Shown: positions 9,674 to 20,215 of the stretch, in pieces
How positions within the stretch are numbered: the first letter of the stretch is position 1
Layout of the letters: each line of letters begins with the position of its first letter
DNA from: a virus
Taxonomy: Duplodnaviria; Heunggongvirae; Uroviricota; Caudoviricetes
Strand: one strand, 5' to 3'
IMG/VR virus record: IMGVR_UViG_3300012663_000706
DNA: 64,000 nucleotides
The notes under the pieces: model-generated
The model's database searches: none
What the model saw: only the letters and a program-made list of their open reading frames with translations
Told to the model about the DNA's origin: nothing
Program-made: the position numbers and the translations under genes

Positions 9674-10978
9674 TTACCTTTTATATACGTTTCCTATATT
9701 AATTAATGCGTCTCGATTTGCTTTATTTAAGACGTCAACCAGAGGAGTTCCATCTAGAAAATGAACGTTTCTACCAGCAGCACTTTCAACAGCAGCGGAT
9801 ATTTTTTTAACATCAGTTGCAGCATCTAATGCCCTCATAGCCTTTCCGTAAATATTCTCTAATGTTGGAATTCTACGATTAACTAATCTTTTACCTTCAA
9901 TTTCAAGTTCTTCAATTTTAGATTTACCCATTCTAGTTAAATCTTCGGTTGCTCTTTTCCCAGTTTCTTTTAATTTGTCTTTAGCTTTATTCTTAAGGTT
10001 TTTCATTCCCTTAGCTAAATTCTGCTTCATCGATAATTTTTGAGCCTGTGCAGGATCAGCTGCATTCATGCCAGCTTCAAGATCAGCTATTTCCTTAGCA
10101 GTATCTGGATCTAATCCAGCCTCTGGATCCATTTGTCTTCTGTCTACGAGATTTGCCTCATTTTCTTTTTCGGTAACTGGAACGATAGTTTGTTTTTCAG
10201 AAACTATATTATCTGTAGGAGTTTTCTTTGAAATATCTGAAGATTGAAAAACTGCACCGTTAAGGGCTCTTGCATCAACTCGATATACTCTATTATAGTT
10301 AATAATTATTTCGTTAGTTGCTGCTTCTGGAGCTGCTGCTGATAAATCGGTAAGAGCTTTATTACCACTAGTCATATCAAATTCGCAAAATCTAAGTTCA
10401 AACATAAAGTAAGGTCTTAAGCTTTCTCCTGTCAATACTCCATCTGCTGAATTATCATATAAACCTCTAACATCCGAAATAAACAAATACATTGTAAATT
10501 TTCTTAAATTAGGAGGTAAAACGTAACACCATCTAGACTCATCCCATACGGCTTTACGATATAATTGCATTAGACCTGCAATATTTAAATTAATAGTTTC
10601 TAAACAACCTATAGTTAATTTAGCATCATCTCCTCCAAAGAATGGATTTTCAGGAGTAAATTGAACCATGCGTTCAACACCACCAAGAGTTTGCCAATGC
10701 CATGGCATTTCAGAATTAATTTTATATAAAGCCTCTTTAAAAGCTAGCAGAGAATCTAATTTATGTTGATATTTTGCTTTATCAGCGGTAACTAAATGTT
10801 TTTTCATGAAACCAGCGGCCTCTCCATTAAATAACGGTGAAGTCAATTGCATATCAAATAATAGCGTAAATGAAAGATATGTAGGATCTTGATACGCTGA
10901 CCAGTTAGTACTTGTTTCTTCTCCTTTTTTAAAGAGACCTGATTTTCTAAATGTTGGTAAATCTATGAATGCTGACAT
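9674..10978 (-). CDS. Putative baseplate/tail-tube-related protein
   Basis: 434 aa ORF between hub and spike genes; QDPTYLSF and CEFD motifs recalled from tube-like proteins of large phages; mainly a context call. Confidence 0.45.
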   Translation of the reverse strand: MSAFIDLPTFRKSGLFKKGEETSTNWSAYQDPTYLSFTLLFDMQLTSPLFNGEAAGFMKKHLVTADKAKYQHKLDSLLAFKEALYKINSEMPWHWQTLGGVERMVQFTPENPFFGGDDAKLTIGCLETINLNIAGLMQLYRKAVWDESRWCYVLPPNLRKFTMYLFISDVRGLYDNSADGVLTGESLRPYFMFELRFCEFDMTSGNKALTDLSAAAPEAATNEIIINYNRVYRVDARALNGAVFQSSDISKKTPTDNIVSEKQTIVPVTEKENEANLVDRRQMDPEAGLDPDTAKEIADLEAGMNAADPAQAQKLSMKQNLAKGMKNLKNKAKDKLKETGKRATEDLTRMGKSKIEELEIEGKRLVNRRIPTLENIYGKAMRALDAATDVKKISAAVESAAGRNVHFLDGTPLVDVLNKANRDALINIGNVYKR

Positions 10979-11004
10979 ACGTTATATATTGTTAATTTAT
11001 TTTA

Positions 11005-13236
11005 TTAGGAATTCATTCCTTCTGCTGTTGCAGCATCTTCTGCTCGTTTCATTACATCCCGAAGATCAGTACCGTCTATTCTACCACTTCTAGGCCCATC
11101 TCCTTTAGTAGCCTCAGCTTTTAAAGTATACTTTCCAATATAAGTTCCTGGCTCTTGACCCGAAATAGTTTCCCAAGTATAGTAATTCTTACCAATTCGT
11201 GTTCCGCCTACTCCAAAATTTTGACCTGCTTTCCATGGACGGAATTCAAATTTAGCTATTTCTTTAACTGTCTGATCTTTGTAAGTTAAAGTTACATCGA
11301 CATCATATTTACCTTCTTTACTAGCAAACGTGCTCTTAGGTACTGTAAAGGTAGCATTGTAAGTTAATCCAGGACGCCTTGATACTTTTGTTTTATCTTC
11401 CATAAAAACTTCAGCCTGTACTTCATAAGTAGAAGGACCATTAAATACTACTTTAATTTTAGGAGTTTCTGTTACTAGAGTTTTATCATCAGCTTTCCAT
11501 TTCAAATTTTCTGTAAATTCAAACCATGAACCAATACCCTGTCTTTCTTTAAGATATTCAAGATCTAATGTAAATACTGGCTCAGGTTTTGGTGGTTCTG
11601 GATCCGGGGTTGGTGCTGGAGCCGGAGCTTCAACTGGAGCCGGTGCTGGAGGAGGTGGAGCTGGTGCTGGAGCAGCTGGTGGACTTTGTGCTGCCATAGA
11701 TTCTCCAGTTATTGTATTTAATTTTGAAGGCCATTCTCTTCTTAAAAGAGTTATTTTCTGTTGAATTCCTTCTCCATTATCTGAATCATAAATATATTTA
11801 ATATCTTCTACGATATAATATCCAGTGTGGAATTCATCCATCGCGATTTTATCTCCAGCTAGAGAATTAGGATCTTCTCCATACTCTTCACCAACTGTCG
11901 CAAAACCTTTTTCTTTTTTAGATTCTTTAAGTGATTTTAATCTAGCAACTTCAGTATCGTTATATGCTACAACAAATACAGGAATCTTCATATATGCGTA
12001 AATACTCGGATTAATTTGATCCAGAGTTACTTCCATTTTAATTTTGGTAGATTCATTATAATTCATTCTATTCTGAATTGCTGCAAAATAATGATTGATG
12101 TTCATATTACCGTGCGTTTTATCCGCATCGATTCTACCTACATATTTCTGTTTAACTTCTTCTTTATACCTAGTTTCCTCTTCTTTTCCACTACCCTCTG
12201 TTCTACGGCCTCTTAAAGGTTCTTCAATATCTGACATTTTCTTGCTAGCCATTGATTCAATATCAAAAGAAACAAGACCCTCATCACTGTCATTTTCAAA
12301 ATATTGCATTTTGATTTTATAACCCATTTGTGCTGTTTTTTCGCCAGATTCGTTAATCACTTTAAATGATTCAAAGAATTGCGGACTATCTTGATATTCT
12401 GGATGGTTTGTAATTAATAAAGGACCCTTGATTTTATTTGCCTTGTCATCATCGCCGGGATTCTTATTAAAATCTTCTTGCATTTTTGAAAAGTAACTTA
12501 ATTCCAGGTCATTTTTAGAATTAAAAACTTTATTTAGATCTACATAGTTTAAATGATAATATGGATCTATTTTACACACAACAAAACTTTCTTCATCAAT
12601 GTAACCATGTTTTACAATATCAGAAATGAATTGAGATTTTGGAATATAAGGACAGAACCTTGACATCTCGTCATCGGTCTTGTCTATATTAGTAGCAAAA
12701 CCTAATTTTAATTCAGTTGCAATTGCTTCTAAATGGTCTAATGAAGTTTTCTTTCCGTAACCTTTAGATTCTTCAGCATAAAGTTTAGGTACCCTTAATC
12801 TTCCAGATATTCGATATTGACCTCCTGGAAGGGATTGAGGATTTTGACCGCCGTCTGGTGCTGCATTAGCACTACATCGAATAATATCAAAATCCATTCT
12901 AATATCTTTAAAGACATCGGATTGTCTAGCAGCTATTCTAACGCTTACAACATCACCGTCTCTTGGTATAGAATCACCCTTAAAAAAGTTATTACTATCC
13001 ATAAACGCAAGAGATAATTCAGGGATAAATCCAGACATACTGATCGAAAGAGTATTAATGTCGTATTGTTGTATATCGATTCCATTAATTCTGACAGCAG
13101 GTGTTAATCCACCGTTTTCTTTAGATATTTTTTTACCATCTGGATCTTCTTCTTTCCCAGAATCATAAACCATCGGATCCAATTTTAAGGTTGGTTCAGT
13201 AATTACGAGTATGTGTCTGTCTAAATCACTTGCCAT
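11005..13236 (-). CDS. Putative baseplate hub protein (gp27-like) with Pro/Ala linker and C-terminal extension
   Basis: Ends its core with TGYYIVEDIKYIY...QKITLLRREW, typical of hub proteins; located between the gp53-like and spike genes. Confidence 0.55.
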   Translation of the reverse strand: MASDLDRHILVITEPTLKLDPMVYDSGKEEDPDGKKISKENGGLTPAVRINGIDIQQYDINTLSISMSGFIPELSLAFMDSNNFFKGDSIPRDGDVVSVRIAARQSDVFKDIRMDFDIIRCSANAAPDGGQNPQSLPGGQYRISGRLRVPKLYAEESKGYGKKTSLDHLEAIATELKLGFATNIDKTDDEMSRFCPYIPKSQFISDIVKHGYIDEESFVVCKIDPYYHLNYVDLNKVFNSKNDLELSYFSKMQEDFNKNPGDDDKANKIKGPLLITNHPEYQDSPQFFESFKVINESGEKTAQMGYKIKMQYFENDSDEGLVSFDIESMASKKMSDIEEPLRGRRTEGSGKEEETRYKEEVKQKYVGRIDADKTHGNMNINHYFAAIQNRMNYNESTKIKMEVTLDQINPSIYAYMKIPVFVVAYNDTEVARLKSLKESKKEKGFATVGEEYGEDPNSLAGDKIAMDEFHTGYYIVEDIKYIYDSDNGEGIQQKITLLRREWPSKLNTITGESMAAQSPPAAPAPAPPPPAPAPVEAPAPAPTPDPEPPKPEPVFTLDLEYLKERQGIGSWFEFTENLKWKADDKTLVTETPKIKVVFNGPSTYEVQAEVFMEDKTKVSRRPGLTYNATFTVPKSTFASKEGKYDVDVTLTYKDQTVKEIAKFEFRPWKAGQNFGVGGTRIGKNYYTWETISGQEPGTYIGKYTLKAEATKGDGPRSGRIDGTDLRDVMKRAEDAATAEGMNS

Positions 13237-13862
13237 TATGCTCCTGTATTATCGTTATTGTTAATTTTTTGAATTTTTTGAATTTCTCCAGGAAATGCTT
13301 TATTAGAAGTTAATAAAGCTGTTGTTCTATTAGCAGAAGAGGGTAGCCCATTACCAGAAGAAGGTAGCGCAGCACCTACGGTTAATTGTCCATTCTCAAT
13401 GATAACGTTCTGTTTGTCTGATGGTAAAACATTAGGTGGCAGTATTTCTTTAGCTCCGTTTGGTTTTAATGCGGCTTTTCTTTTAAGATACTCTAATCTA
13501 TTTTGATCTTTGATAGGAAGTCTTTTTGTTTCAATAAATCTGTCTCTTACAACATTCGAGTCAGTAACTCCAACTCCTGGTTTTTTCCATGTTTTTTGTA
13601 AAACATCCATTGGCGGAATATAGAGAATATCTCCTTCTGCTACTGAAAATGGATTTGAAATTCCATTAAATTTTAAGAGCTGATCAACGTAATCCGCTGA
13701 ATTATAAACACTTAATGAAATAAGATCGATTCTCCCAGCATAGTATGCATCTACAGGAAATACCTGAGATATTGACATATAGTCTGGAAATAATAATGTT
13801 GGTTCAGTCATGATAATCTTATCATCAATCTCTGAAATTTTCTTGTTCTTTAAAGTTTTCAT
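13236..13862 (-). CDS. Baseplate wedge protein, gp53/LysM-like
   Basis: RIDLISLSVYNS...LLKFNGISNPFSVAEGDILYIP. Confidence 0.75.
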   Translation of the reverse strand: MKTLKNKKISEIDDKIIMTEPTLLFPDYMSISQVFPVDAYYAGRIDLISLSVYNSADYVDQLLKFNGISNPFSVAEGDILYIPPMDVLQKTWKKPGVGVTDSNVVRDRFIETKRLPIKDQNRLEYLKRKAALKPNGAKEILPPNVLPSDKQNVIIENGQLTVGAALPSSGNGLPSSANRTTALLTSNKAFPGEIQKIQKINNNDNTGA

Positions 13863-15778
13863 TAGTCAGCTGCAAATTTTCTAAAGTCGTTATCAATTGC
13901 TGATGCTGGTCTTCCTTTCCCGGCAGTAGCAGCTGGTTGAGAAGATTTTTCACCATATTGTGATACGTCTCTTGTTTTATTAATATCAACACCATCATCT
14001 GGTTTAAGATAGAATCTACCTCTTCCAGCATTAAACATGCTTTCAATATCACTTTTATCTCTTGGTCTTCCTGGTTTTAATGTGATTTCAACTTCCATTT
14101 CTTCTGGAAAATCTTGAACACCATTACCACCTTTAAAAGATACTTTGGTTCCAGTACAACATAAGTTACCCATAACCATCATAGGATTCAAAGGATTCCC
14201 AACGGTCATGTGCCATTGTCCAGTTGCATCTCCAGTAAGTAATGCATTTACTACCATAGGTGCTTGAGGTGAATTAAATAAATCCATCAACTGTCCACCT
14301 ATTAAGTTACTTGCAAGTTTAGATCCACCCAAACCGTTTTTCTTAATATCATCAACTATGTTTGTTCCCATTTTTTGTAAATCACCCATAACAGATCCTA
14401 AGAACTCTTTGAAATGCCCTGATTTTAATAGGGCGGCATTACCAAATGGTTTACCAATTGATCCACTTCCAGTATATCGAACTTCTCCACCCCAAAACGG
14501 AGCAGTAGAATAAGTCAATGCTAAAACGTTTGCTAATTGATCCATGAACATAACCTTTGGATTAGCTCCAAATAGTCCTTTCATTTCATATTGAAACTTA
14601 ATAGTAAATTCTTTTTCAAACAATAAACCATCTTTTCCTCTAACCATCATCGAAGTGATCTTATTATAAGGACCAAATACGTGATTTGGATATGTGTTTA
14701 ATAATGGATCAAATCCAGAACCATTAGCTTCAGTACTCTTATAAGAACTATTACCTGATCCAGCTGACATGATAGATTTACCAACAGCGGTACTTAATAA
14801 TCCTTTACCTAACATACCACCAGAAGAATCACTATTGTTAGATGTCACCGTCTGCACATCTGCTTTCTGCTCTTCCCAGTGATATTTGTAATCTAATGAA
14901 AGAATTTCGCTTAACGCATTTCCAGTAACTTCAGACATCCAAGTTACGGCTCTAGCTATATCTGGACTTCCTGCAGGACCCTTGTCACCAGCATCTCTAA
15001 TCGCAATCGGTGTAATAATATCATCTTCTACAGGAAATGGAAATCTCCTAAGAGTAATTAAATAGTTGTTCGGTATTTTACCAAGATATTTACACATAGC
15101 AAAATCAGAATACTGGTATTGATAACCTAATGCACCGTGTTTGGTAGTTTCCATCACAATGTTAGTAATGGTTGGTTCAATTATAGTAGAAGCATCAATT
15201 TGATTATATTCTTCTGCTTTAACACCAGCACCTCGTCGTATTCCAGTTAATGGAGTACCTCGATATTTCATTAATGTATATCTATTGAAAGAAGAGTATG
15301 GCGCCTTACCTTCAGAAACTGCCTCTCCTTTAGGTCCTTTTTCAGTTTTTATAACCTCTCCCTTAGCATTTTTAGTTTCTTTTCCAGGACCAGGTGGATT
15401 AAATTTAAAAGATTCTACAGAGTTGTCAGCTTGATATTGCGAGTTATCTCCTTTAATACCAAAAACACTTTCTTTACCGTCAACTAATTTTTTATCAAAA
15501 TTAAATAGATTCTCTTTATTGTTTGAAAATTGTGAAGTCTTACCAAAGTTGGTAATTTGCTCGATAGGACTAGTCTTGTTTTCTGATGCTAGAACTGCAT
15601 CAGGTAAATCATCTGCGTGATAAACAGTCTTTGTTGGATCGTTACTTGAAACAACCTTGTATTTTCTTTCTACAGGTGATGAAGCCTTTGAAGCCTTTTT
15701 AGGATCTTTTCCAGCATTCCAAGCTTTATCGTACGCATCATTTGCGCCTTTTACCAGTTTATCTACGAATTTAGGCAT
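13862..15778 (-). CDS. Putative tail-tube initiator/baseplate protein (gp48/gp54-like)
   Basis: C-terminal WHMTVGNPLNPMMVMGNLCC...FPEEMEVEITLK tube-like pattern; context. Confidence 0.45.
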   Translation of the reverse strand: MPKFVDKLVKGANDAYDKAWNAGKDPKKASKASSPVERKYKVVSSNDPTKTVYHADDLPDAVLASENKTSPIEQITNFGKTSQFSNNKENLFNFDKKLVDGKESVFGIKGDNSQYQADNSVESFKFNPPGPGKETKNAKGEVIKTEKGPKGEAVSEGKAPYSSFNRYTLMKYRGTPLTGIRRGAGVKAEEYNQIDASTIIEPTITNIVMETTKHGALGYQYQYSDFAMCKYLGKIPNNYLITLRRFPFPVEDDIITPIAIRDAGDKGPAGSPDIARAVTWMSEVTGNALSEILSLDYKYHWEEQKADVQTVTSNNSDSSGGMLGKGLLSTAVGKSIMSAGSGNSSYKSTEANGSGFDPLLNTYPNHVFGPYNKITSMMVRGKDGLLFEKEFTIKFQYEMKGLFGANPKVMFMDQLANVLALTYSTAPFWGGEVRYTGSGSIGKPFGNAALLKSGHFKEFLGSVMGDLQKMGTNIVDDIKKNGLGGSKLASNLIGGQLMDLFNSPQAPMVVNALLTGDATGQWHMTVGNPLNPMMVMGNLCCTGTKVSFKGGNGVQDFPEEMEVEITLKPGRPRDKSDIESMFNAGRGRFYLKPDDGVDINKTRDVSQYGEKSSQPAATAGKGRPASAIDNDFRKFAAD

Positions 15779-15852
15779 TAAATTCCATCTTTTTTTAATA
15801 GGCAGTATCTACCTATCTTATATATTCATAATACCCGAACATGCCCTTTATT

Positions 15853-16590
15853 CTAGTAATCCCAGAGCTCAGAATAATGACATCTAATATATGATGGTAT
15901 ATTTATCTGAATTCCAACTTTATACTTTTTTCTGAATCTAGTATTGAAATCAACGTCTTCGCTGGTTTCTGTGGTATCTCTCCATTGAATATCATCAACC
16001 TTTTTATGAATGAATAACCATGGGGCCATAGTCAACATTCCAGGTTTCATTGAACTGATAACCCATTCGCTATCAAGTCCTTTTATGTTATAAGATTCTT
16101 GTTGATTTGTCGCATACATCGAAGGAGTATCAGGCCAGCATGCAACTATATTATCGTACCAAGATCCGTTTGTATAAAAATCTAGATTTGGAGTTTTGTT
16201 AAATTCTCTTACGATTAATTCACAATGATTTGAAAGTAGGAAATCATCAGAGTCCATGTAAGTTATTAAGTCTCCATTAGCTAAAGTAACTCCAACCTGT
16301 CTAGGAACTCCGCGATAGTATTTTTTACCATCAACAAGTTCATACATATTTGGAATTCCTTTTTTATCGACGAATGCATATTTAATTTTAGGATCTGATT
16401 TAAATAGTTCTATATAAGTTGTATGAACTATTTCACAACCGTCGCTGACAATAATCAATTCAGTATTTTGATAGGTTTGATTCTTGAAACTAGAAACTGC
16501 TCTTATGAATTTATCAACTGAATTTATTCGTGATCCAGGATAGTCTCCTAGATATGCCTGCATAATAATAGAAATCTTTGGTTGTAACAT
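15853..16590 (-). CDS. Glycosyltransferase family 2
   Basis: ISIIMQAY, ELIIVSDGC, YMDSDD (DxD) and SEDVDF. Confidence 0.85.
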   Translation of the reverse strand: MLQPKISIIMQAYLGDYPGSRINSVDKFIRAVSSFKNQTYQNTELIIVSDGCEIVHTTYIELFKSDPKIKYAFVDKKGIPNMYELVDGKKYYRGVPRQVGVTLANGDLITYMDSDDFLLSNHCELIVREFNKTPNLDFYTNGSWYDNIVACWPDTPSMYATNQQESYNIKGLDSEWVISSMKPGMLTMAPWLFIHKKVDDIQWRDTTETSEDVDFNTRFRKKYKVGIQINIPSYIRCHYSELWDY

Positions 16591-17183
16591 TATCCCTTGT
16601 CTATTTTGTCTAGTTCGACCGAGTCCGGTCTATATAGTAATTTATCAAAATAATTCTTTTGATCGGGTAGACGTTCGCCTAAGAACTTCTTTAGTGCTAT
16701 CGTGAACTCGTCCTTGACATGATAGTAATATTGTCCCTTGGAATACGATGACCTGTTGGTCATCTCGTATAACTCCTTTAAATGTTTCTCAATAAAGAAG
16801 TCATGTAAATTTATAAACAGCTCGTTTAATTCTATTTTAGTTCTCACACAAAATATCGAGTCCACGACAAACATGTAACTCTCCCATTTTTCAGAAAATA
16901 ACCTCTCCAGATCTTCAATCTTAGAGTATTCTTTTCTACTTAAATTAATTTTGGTTTGTTTGCCTTCAAAGCTACCATCGAAAGTTAGGCCAAAGAAATA
17001 TCGTTTTAGAAAATCGATATCATCGTACATCTTTTCAATCTTAAGCATGTATCGAGGCATGTTCTCATCGAACTTGACATCGTATATAACTGCTCTTACT
17101 GGAAATAGAATATTTGGAAATCTCTTATTAGAAAGTAGAGCATGTATCTTATCACCTTTGGTAAATAATTTATGCTTTATCAT
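16590..17183 (-). CDS. Hypothetical protein
   Basis: 197 aa ORF in a tightly packed operon. Confidence 0.65.
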   Translation of the reverse strand: MIKHKLFTKGDKIHALLSNKRFPNILFPVRAVIYDVKFDENMPRYMLKIEKMYDDIDFLKRYFFGLTFDGSFEGKQTKINLSRKEYSKIEDLERLFSEKWESYMFVVDSIFCVRTKIELNELFINLHDFFIEKHLKELYEMTNRSSYSKGQYYYHVKDEFTIALKKFLGERLPDQKNYFDKLLYRPDSVELDKIDKG

Positions 17184-17574
17184 TTATTAAGTATTCAACG
17201 TTATTAAATTGAGTTAATATTTCGTCGTCGATTTCTTTAGTTTCTGATAGGACTATTAAATTAAATTCAAAGTCTCTATAGTAGAAATCAGTAACAATCT
17301 CCTTTAGATTGGAGACTGTTACAGGTTCTAAGTTTTTAAATAGGTATAATATTCTCTGATCCGTGTGAAAAATTAATGCAGCTTCTAAAGTTTTAAAAAT
17401 ATGAAGACCAACGACTGACGGGTTCGGCTCCTCTCCATACGGACAAGATTTTGCTAATTTGTTTGAAATAGCATAGTGGTCAATTACAGTATTATATTCG
17501 ATTTCTATTCCTTTTGTAAAACGAACATAATCTCTTCGTTGATCTGACCAAACGCAGTCGATTATTAAACTCAT
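17170..17574 (-). CDS. Hypothetical protein
   Basis: 134 aa ORF overlapping both neighbours by a few bases. Confidence 0.6.
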   Translation of the reverse strand: MSLIIDCVWSDQRRDYVRFTKGIEIEYNTVIDHYAISNKLAKSCPYGEEPNPSVVGLHIFKTLEAALIFHTDQRILYLFKNLEPVTVSNLKEIVTDFYYRDFEFNLIVLSETKEIDDEILTQFNNVEYLINDKA

Positions 17575-17897
17575 GATTTTTTAAGAAGGGATTCGAGCAT
17601 TTTAATTCTTTTCTGAAAAGAACTAATTTTGGCTTCGATTTCAGCTAATGTAGGCTGATAATGGTCTCCCCAATCCTTTATTATTTTTATTTGATCTGAA
17701 TCCTTGGTACTTCCAAATTCTAAACCGCAATCTTCAGAAATCTCATAAAGAAATTTAATCTTATTTTCGCTAGCATTATCGGATTCAAAATCATAAACAA
17801 CAACTGAACTATATCCTTCACCAGCAGCGTTTGCATTATCCTCTTCCACGCTTTTTATAACGCCGTTATCGGCTAATTGTACGGTGATGACTTGCAT
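17571..17897 (-). CDS. Hypothetical protein
   Basis: 108 aa ORF with C-terminal coiled coil; ATGA overlap. Confidence 0.6.
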   Translation of the reverse strand: MQVITVQLADNGVIKSVEEDNANAAGEGYSSVVVYDFESDNASENKIKFLYEISEDCGLEFGSTKDSDQIKIIKDWGDHYQPTLAEIEAKISSFQKRIKMLESLLKKS

Positions 17898-17906
17898 AAA
17901 TGGTTG

Positions 17907-18290
17907 TTATTTGTTTCTAGCCAATCTTAATTGATTAGCCTTTGCACTAAGTTCTCTTGATTTTTTCTTATCTTCACGGTAAGATTCTTTGTTCTTTACT
18001 GCCATTAATGACCAAGATTCTTCTAATAAAAGAATTTCTTCAGCATTATAGCCAAGTTCAGTCCATAATTCTTTTTGGCGATCGAGAATAACTTGAAGTT
18101 GATTCTCCATTTGATCCATTGCATTTTTAGTGTTTTGCTCATGGATCATTTCACCATCTTTAGCACATTTGTCGTACCATGCTCTAGCTTGAGCTGATCC
18201 GAATCCAAACATGTTTTTTACTTTTAAATAACCGGCACGTTTATACATGTCGCGTCGTTGTCTCCTGTTAGGTGTTGTGTTATCAGTCAT
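17907..18290 (-). CDS. Hypothetical protein (NRRQRR motif)
   Basis: 127 aa ORF in the same operon. Confidence 0.6.
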   Translation of the reverse strand: MTDNTTPNRRQRRDMYKRAGYLKVKNMFGFGSAQARAWYDKCAKDGEMIHEQNTKNAMDQMENQLQVILDRQKELWTELGYNAEEILLLEESWSLMAVKNKESYREDKKKSRELSAKANQLRLARNK

Positions 18291-18843
18291 TATAATAATT
18301 GTTTAAAAATTTTAGTACTTCTTGATTAATATAGTTTTGAAGTTTATCTATCTGTATTTGAGAGGTCACTACCGTAGAAATAGTGTTCAGCATCTCTTCT
18401 TTAGTTTCATCTCCATTTTCTAGTAACATTGAAAAAACTTCATGTTTTGGTAAGTTAATATTTAACTTAATATCTACAGTTTCGATATTCTTAGAAGATA
18501 ACTTAATGATTAATTTTTCTAGTGGAGAAGTTTCAACCTGCTGTACGATTGGTTGCACAATTTGTTGAAATGGACCTTTAGGGGCAGGTGCACTGATCCC
18601 TATAGGATTAGTCCCAATCATCATGTCATTTGCTGGAGGAAATGGAAGATCGTCAATATTGTTTACAACTTCCAGAAATTCATTTCTAAGATTTTTAAAT
18701 ATTCTAGAGCCGTCTTTAAAAATAAAAAAGTCGCTGTCTTCTGATTCGACTTCTACAACCTTACCAAAATCTTCGCCTTTTTTCCATTGAAATCTTTTAA
18801 CTTCTGGAATCTTAGTTTCTTTTTCTATAACTTCTGTATTCAT
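18283..18843 (-). CDS. Hypothetical protein
   Basis: Track start 18912 overlaps the upstream gene; ATG at 18843 (MNTEVIEKE) follows an A-rich leader. Confidence 0.6.
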   Translation of the reverse strand: MNTEVIEKETKIPEVKRFQWKKGEDFGKVVEVESEDSDFFIFKDGSRIFKNLRNEFLEVVNNIDDLPFPPANDMMIGTNPIGISAPAPKGPFQQIVQPIVQQVETSPLEKLIIKLSSKNIETVDIKLNINLPKHEVFSMLLENGDETKEEMLNTISTVVTSQIQIDKLQNYINQEVLKFLNNYYND

Positions 18844-18874
18844 TTCTTTTTTAGGATTAATGTTTATTAATTTA

Positions 18875-19087
18875 CTAATCTTTGATAGTATTGAATTCTT
18901 TATCGGATTCATTATATTTTTTCATGAATTTTTCTATAAATCTTTCGGACTGTTTTCCTTTTTCTGACCCCATCCAGCAATCAACTCTCTTAATATACAT
19001 ATTGTAAAAATAATGAGAACCCTCGTTCTTTAATTTATCTTCTAATATTGTCACATCCTCTGGATAGTGTCTAATGTTAAATCCCAT
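18875..19087 (-). CDS. Hypothetical protein
   Basis: 70 aa ORF filling the gap downstream of the dCMP deaminase. Confidence 0.55.
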   Translation of the reverse strand: MGFNIRHYPEDVTILEDKLKNEGSHYFYNMYIKRVDCWMGSEKGKQSERFIEKFMKKYNESDKEFNTIKD

Positions 19088-19102
19088 AATACTATAATAT
19101 AT

Positions 19103-19618
19103 TTATTCGTTATTCCAAACTATGTCCTGATGGACGGTAATTCCAGCCTTTGTCAATAAATCAACACCACTAGTATCTCTATAATCTTCGCAATAGTGTA
19201 CTTCGACTATTCCTGCCTGTATGATTAATTTAGAACAATCAAAGCACGGCATTGTTGTAGTATAAAGAGTAGTTCCTACCGAGCTAATAGTCGATTTTGC
19301 TAATTTGCTAATCGCATTAGATTCCGCATGTAGAACTTCTCTTTTTGTAATTGTTCGATGAGCGCAACATGAATCATCAGTTGATATCGTCCAACCTTCT
19401 TGCTCTAAAAGTTCAGCATGCTCTGGAAAATCCCAGCCGGTTTTTTCAACTTCTTCACATTCATTTTCAAATCCATGCGGAGTACCGTTGTACCCAACAC
19501 TGATGATCTGACCGTCTTTTACGATAATACATCCGACCTTTCTGCGTTCAGCGTAACTAAGCTTCGCAATTTGGTACGCAATCTGCATGTATATCTTATC
19601 TATAGGAATTCTAGGCAT
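19103..19618 (-). CDS. dCMP deaminase
   Basis: HAESNAI and PCFDC zinc motifs; VGCIIV...SVGYNG. Confidence 0.92.
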   Translation of the reverse strand: MPRIPIDKIYMQIAYQIAKLSYAERRKVGCIIVKDGQIISVGYNGTPHGFENECEEVEKTGWDFPEHAELLEQEGWTISTDDSCCAHRTITKREVLHAESNAISKLAKSTISSVGTTLYTTTMPCFDCSKLIIQAGIVEVHYCEDYRDTSGVDLLTKAGITVHQDIVWNNE

Positions 19619-19625
19619 ATTAAAT

Positions 19626-19659
19626 AAAAATGGATCTGAATAATTATATTCAGATCCAT
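19626..19659 (-). terminator. Hairpin/intrinsic terminator overlapping a class-2 promoter
   Basis: 13-bp stem ATGGATCTGAATA/TATTCAGATCCAT followed by a T-run on the minus strand. Confidence 0.6.
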
Positions 19660-19687
19660 GATTTAGTTTATTTTAGGTAGATTTGTG

Positions 19688-20182
19688 TTAGTCAGCTGAC
19701 TTCTCTTCTGCGTCTGCCGGAGCTTCTCCGTTCAATTCTACTTTAATCTCTTCGATTTTATTAGAGAACGCTTCTTTAATCATATTAAGAGCAGCTTCGT
19801 AAGCTTCTTCTCCATACTCTTCTTTGCACTCTTTACAAGCCTTAGCAGCTAAACCAGCAACTAGTGCTGCGTTTTCGCACATATAACTTTCAATCGTGTG
19901 ATCGTCATGTGCATCTGTTTCCCAAGTCTTCGCTTCAGCAATTACGCTTTCGTAGCATCTTTCTAATTGTTTAGAAACTTCTTCAGCTTTTTCTTCTTCT
20001 TTAGTTTCTTCAGCTTCAGGGGCCGGAGTTTCTTCAGCTTCGTTAGTTTGTACTTTGTCAGCTTCGACTTCAGTTTCTTCAACATCTTTTTGTTCAGGTT
20101 CGCTTACAGCCTGAACATCTTTTTCGATTTCTTCAGAACGGTCCATTTCGGAAACAAACTGATCAAATGATTTATATCTCAT
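19688..20182 (-). CDS. Acidic putative internal head protein
   Basis: Leader MRYKSFDQFVSE resembles the T4 capsid-targeting sequence; Glu-rich. Confidence 0.6.
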   Translation of the reverse strand: MRYKSFDQFVSEMDRSEEIEKDVQAVSEPEQKDVEETEVEADKVQTNEAEETPAPEAEETKEEEKAEEVSKQLERCYESVIAEAKTWETDAHDDHTIESYMCENAALVAGLAAKACKECKEEYGEEAYEAALNMIKEAFSNKIEEIKVELNGEAPADAEEKSAD

Positions 20183-20215
20183 TTCTTTTAATTTTTTTTG
20201 ATTATTAAGTATATA

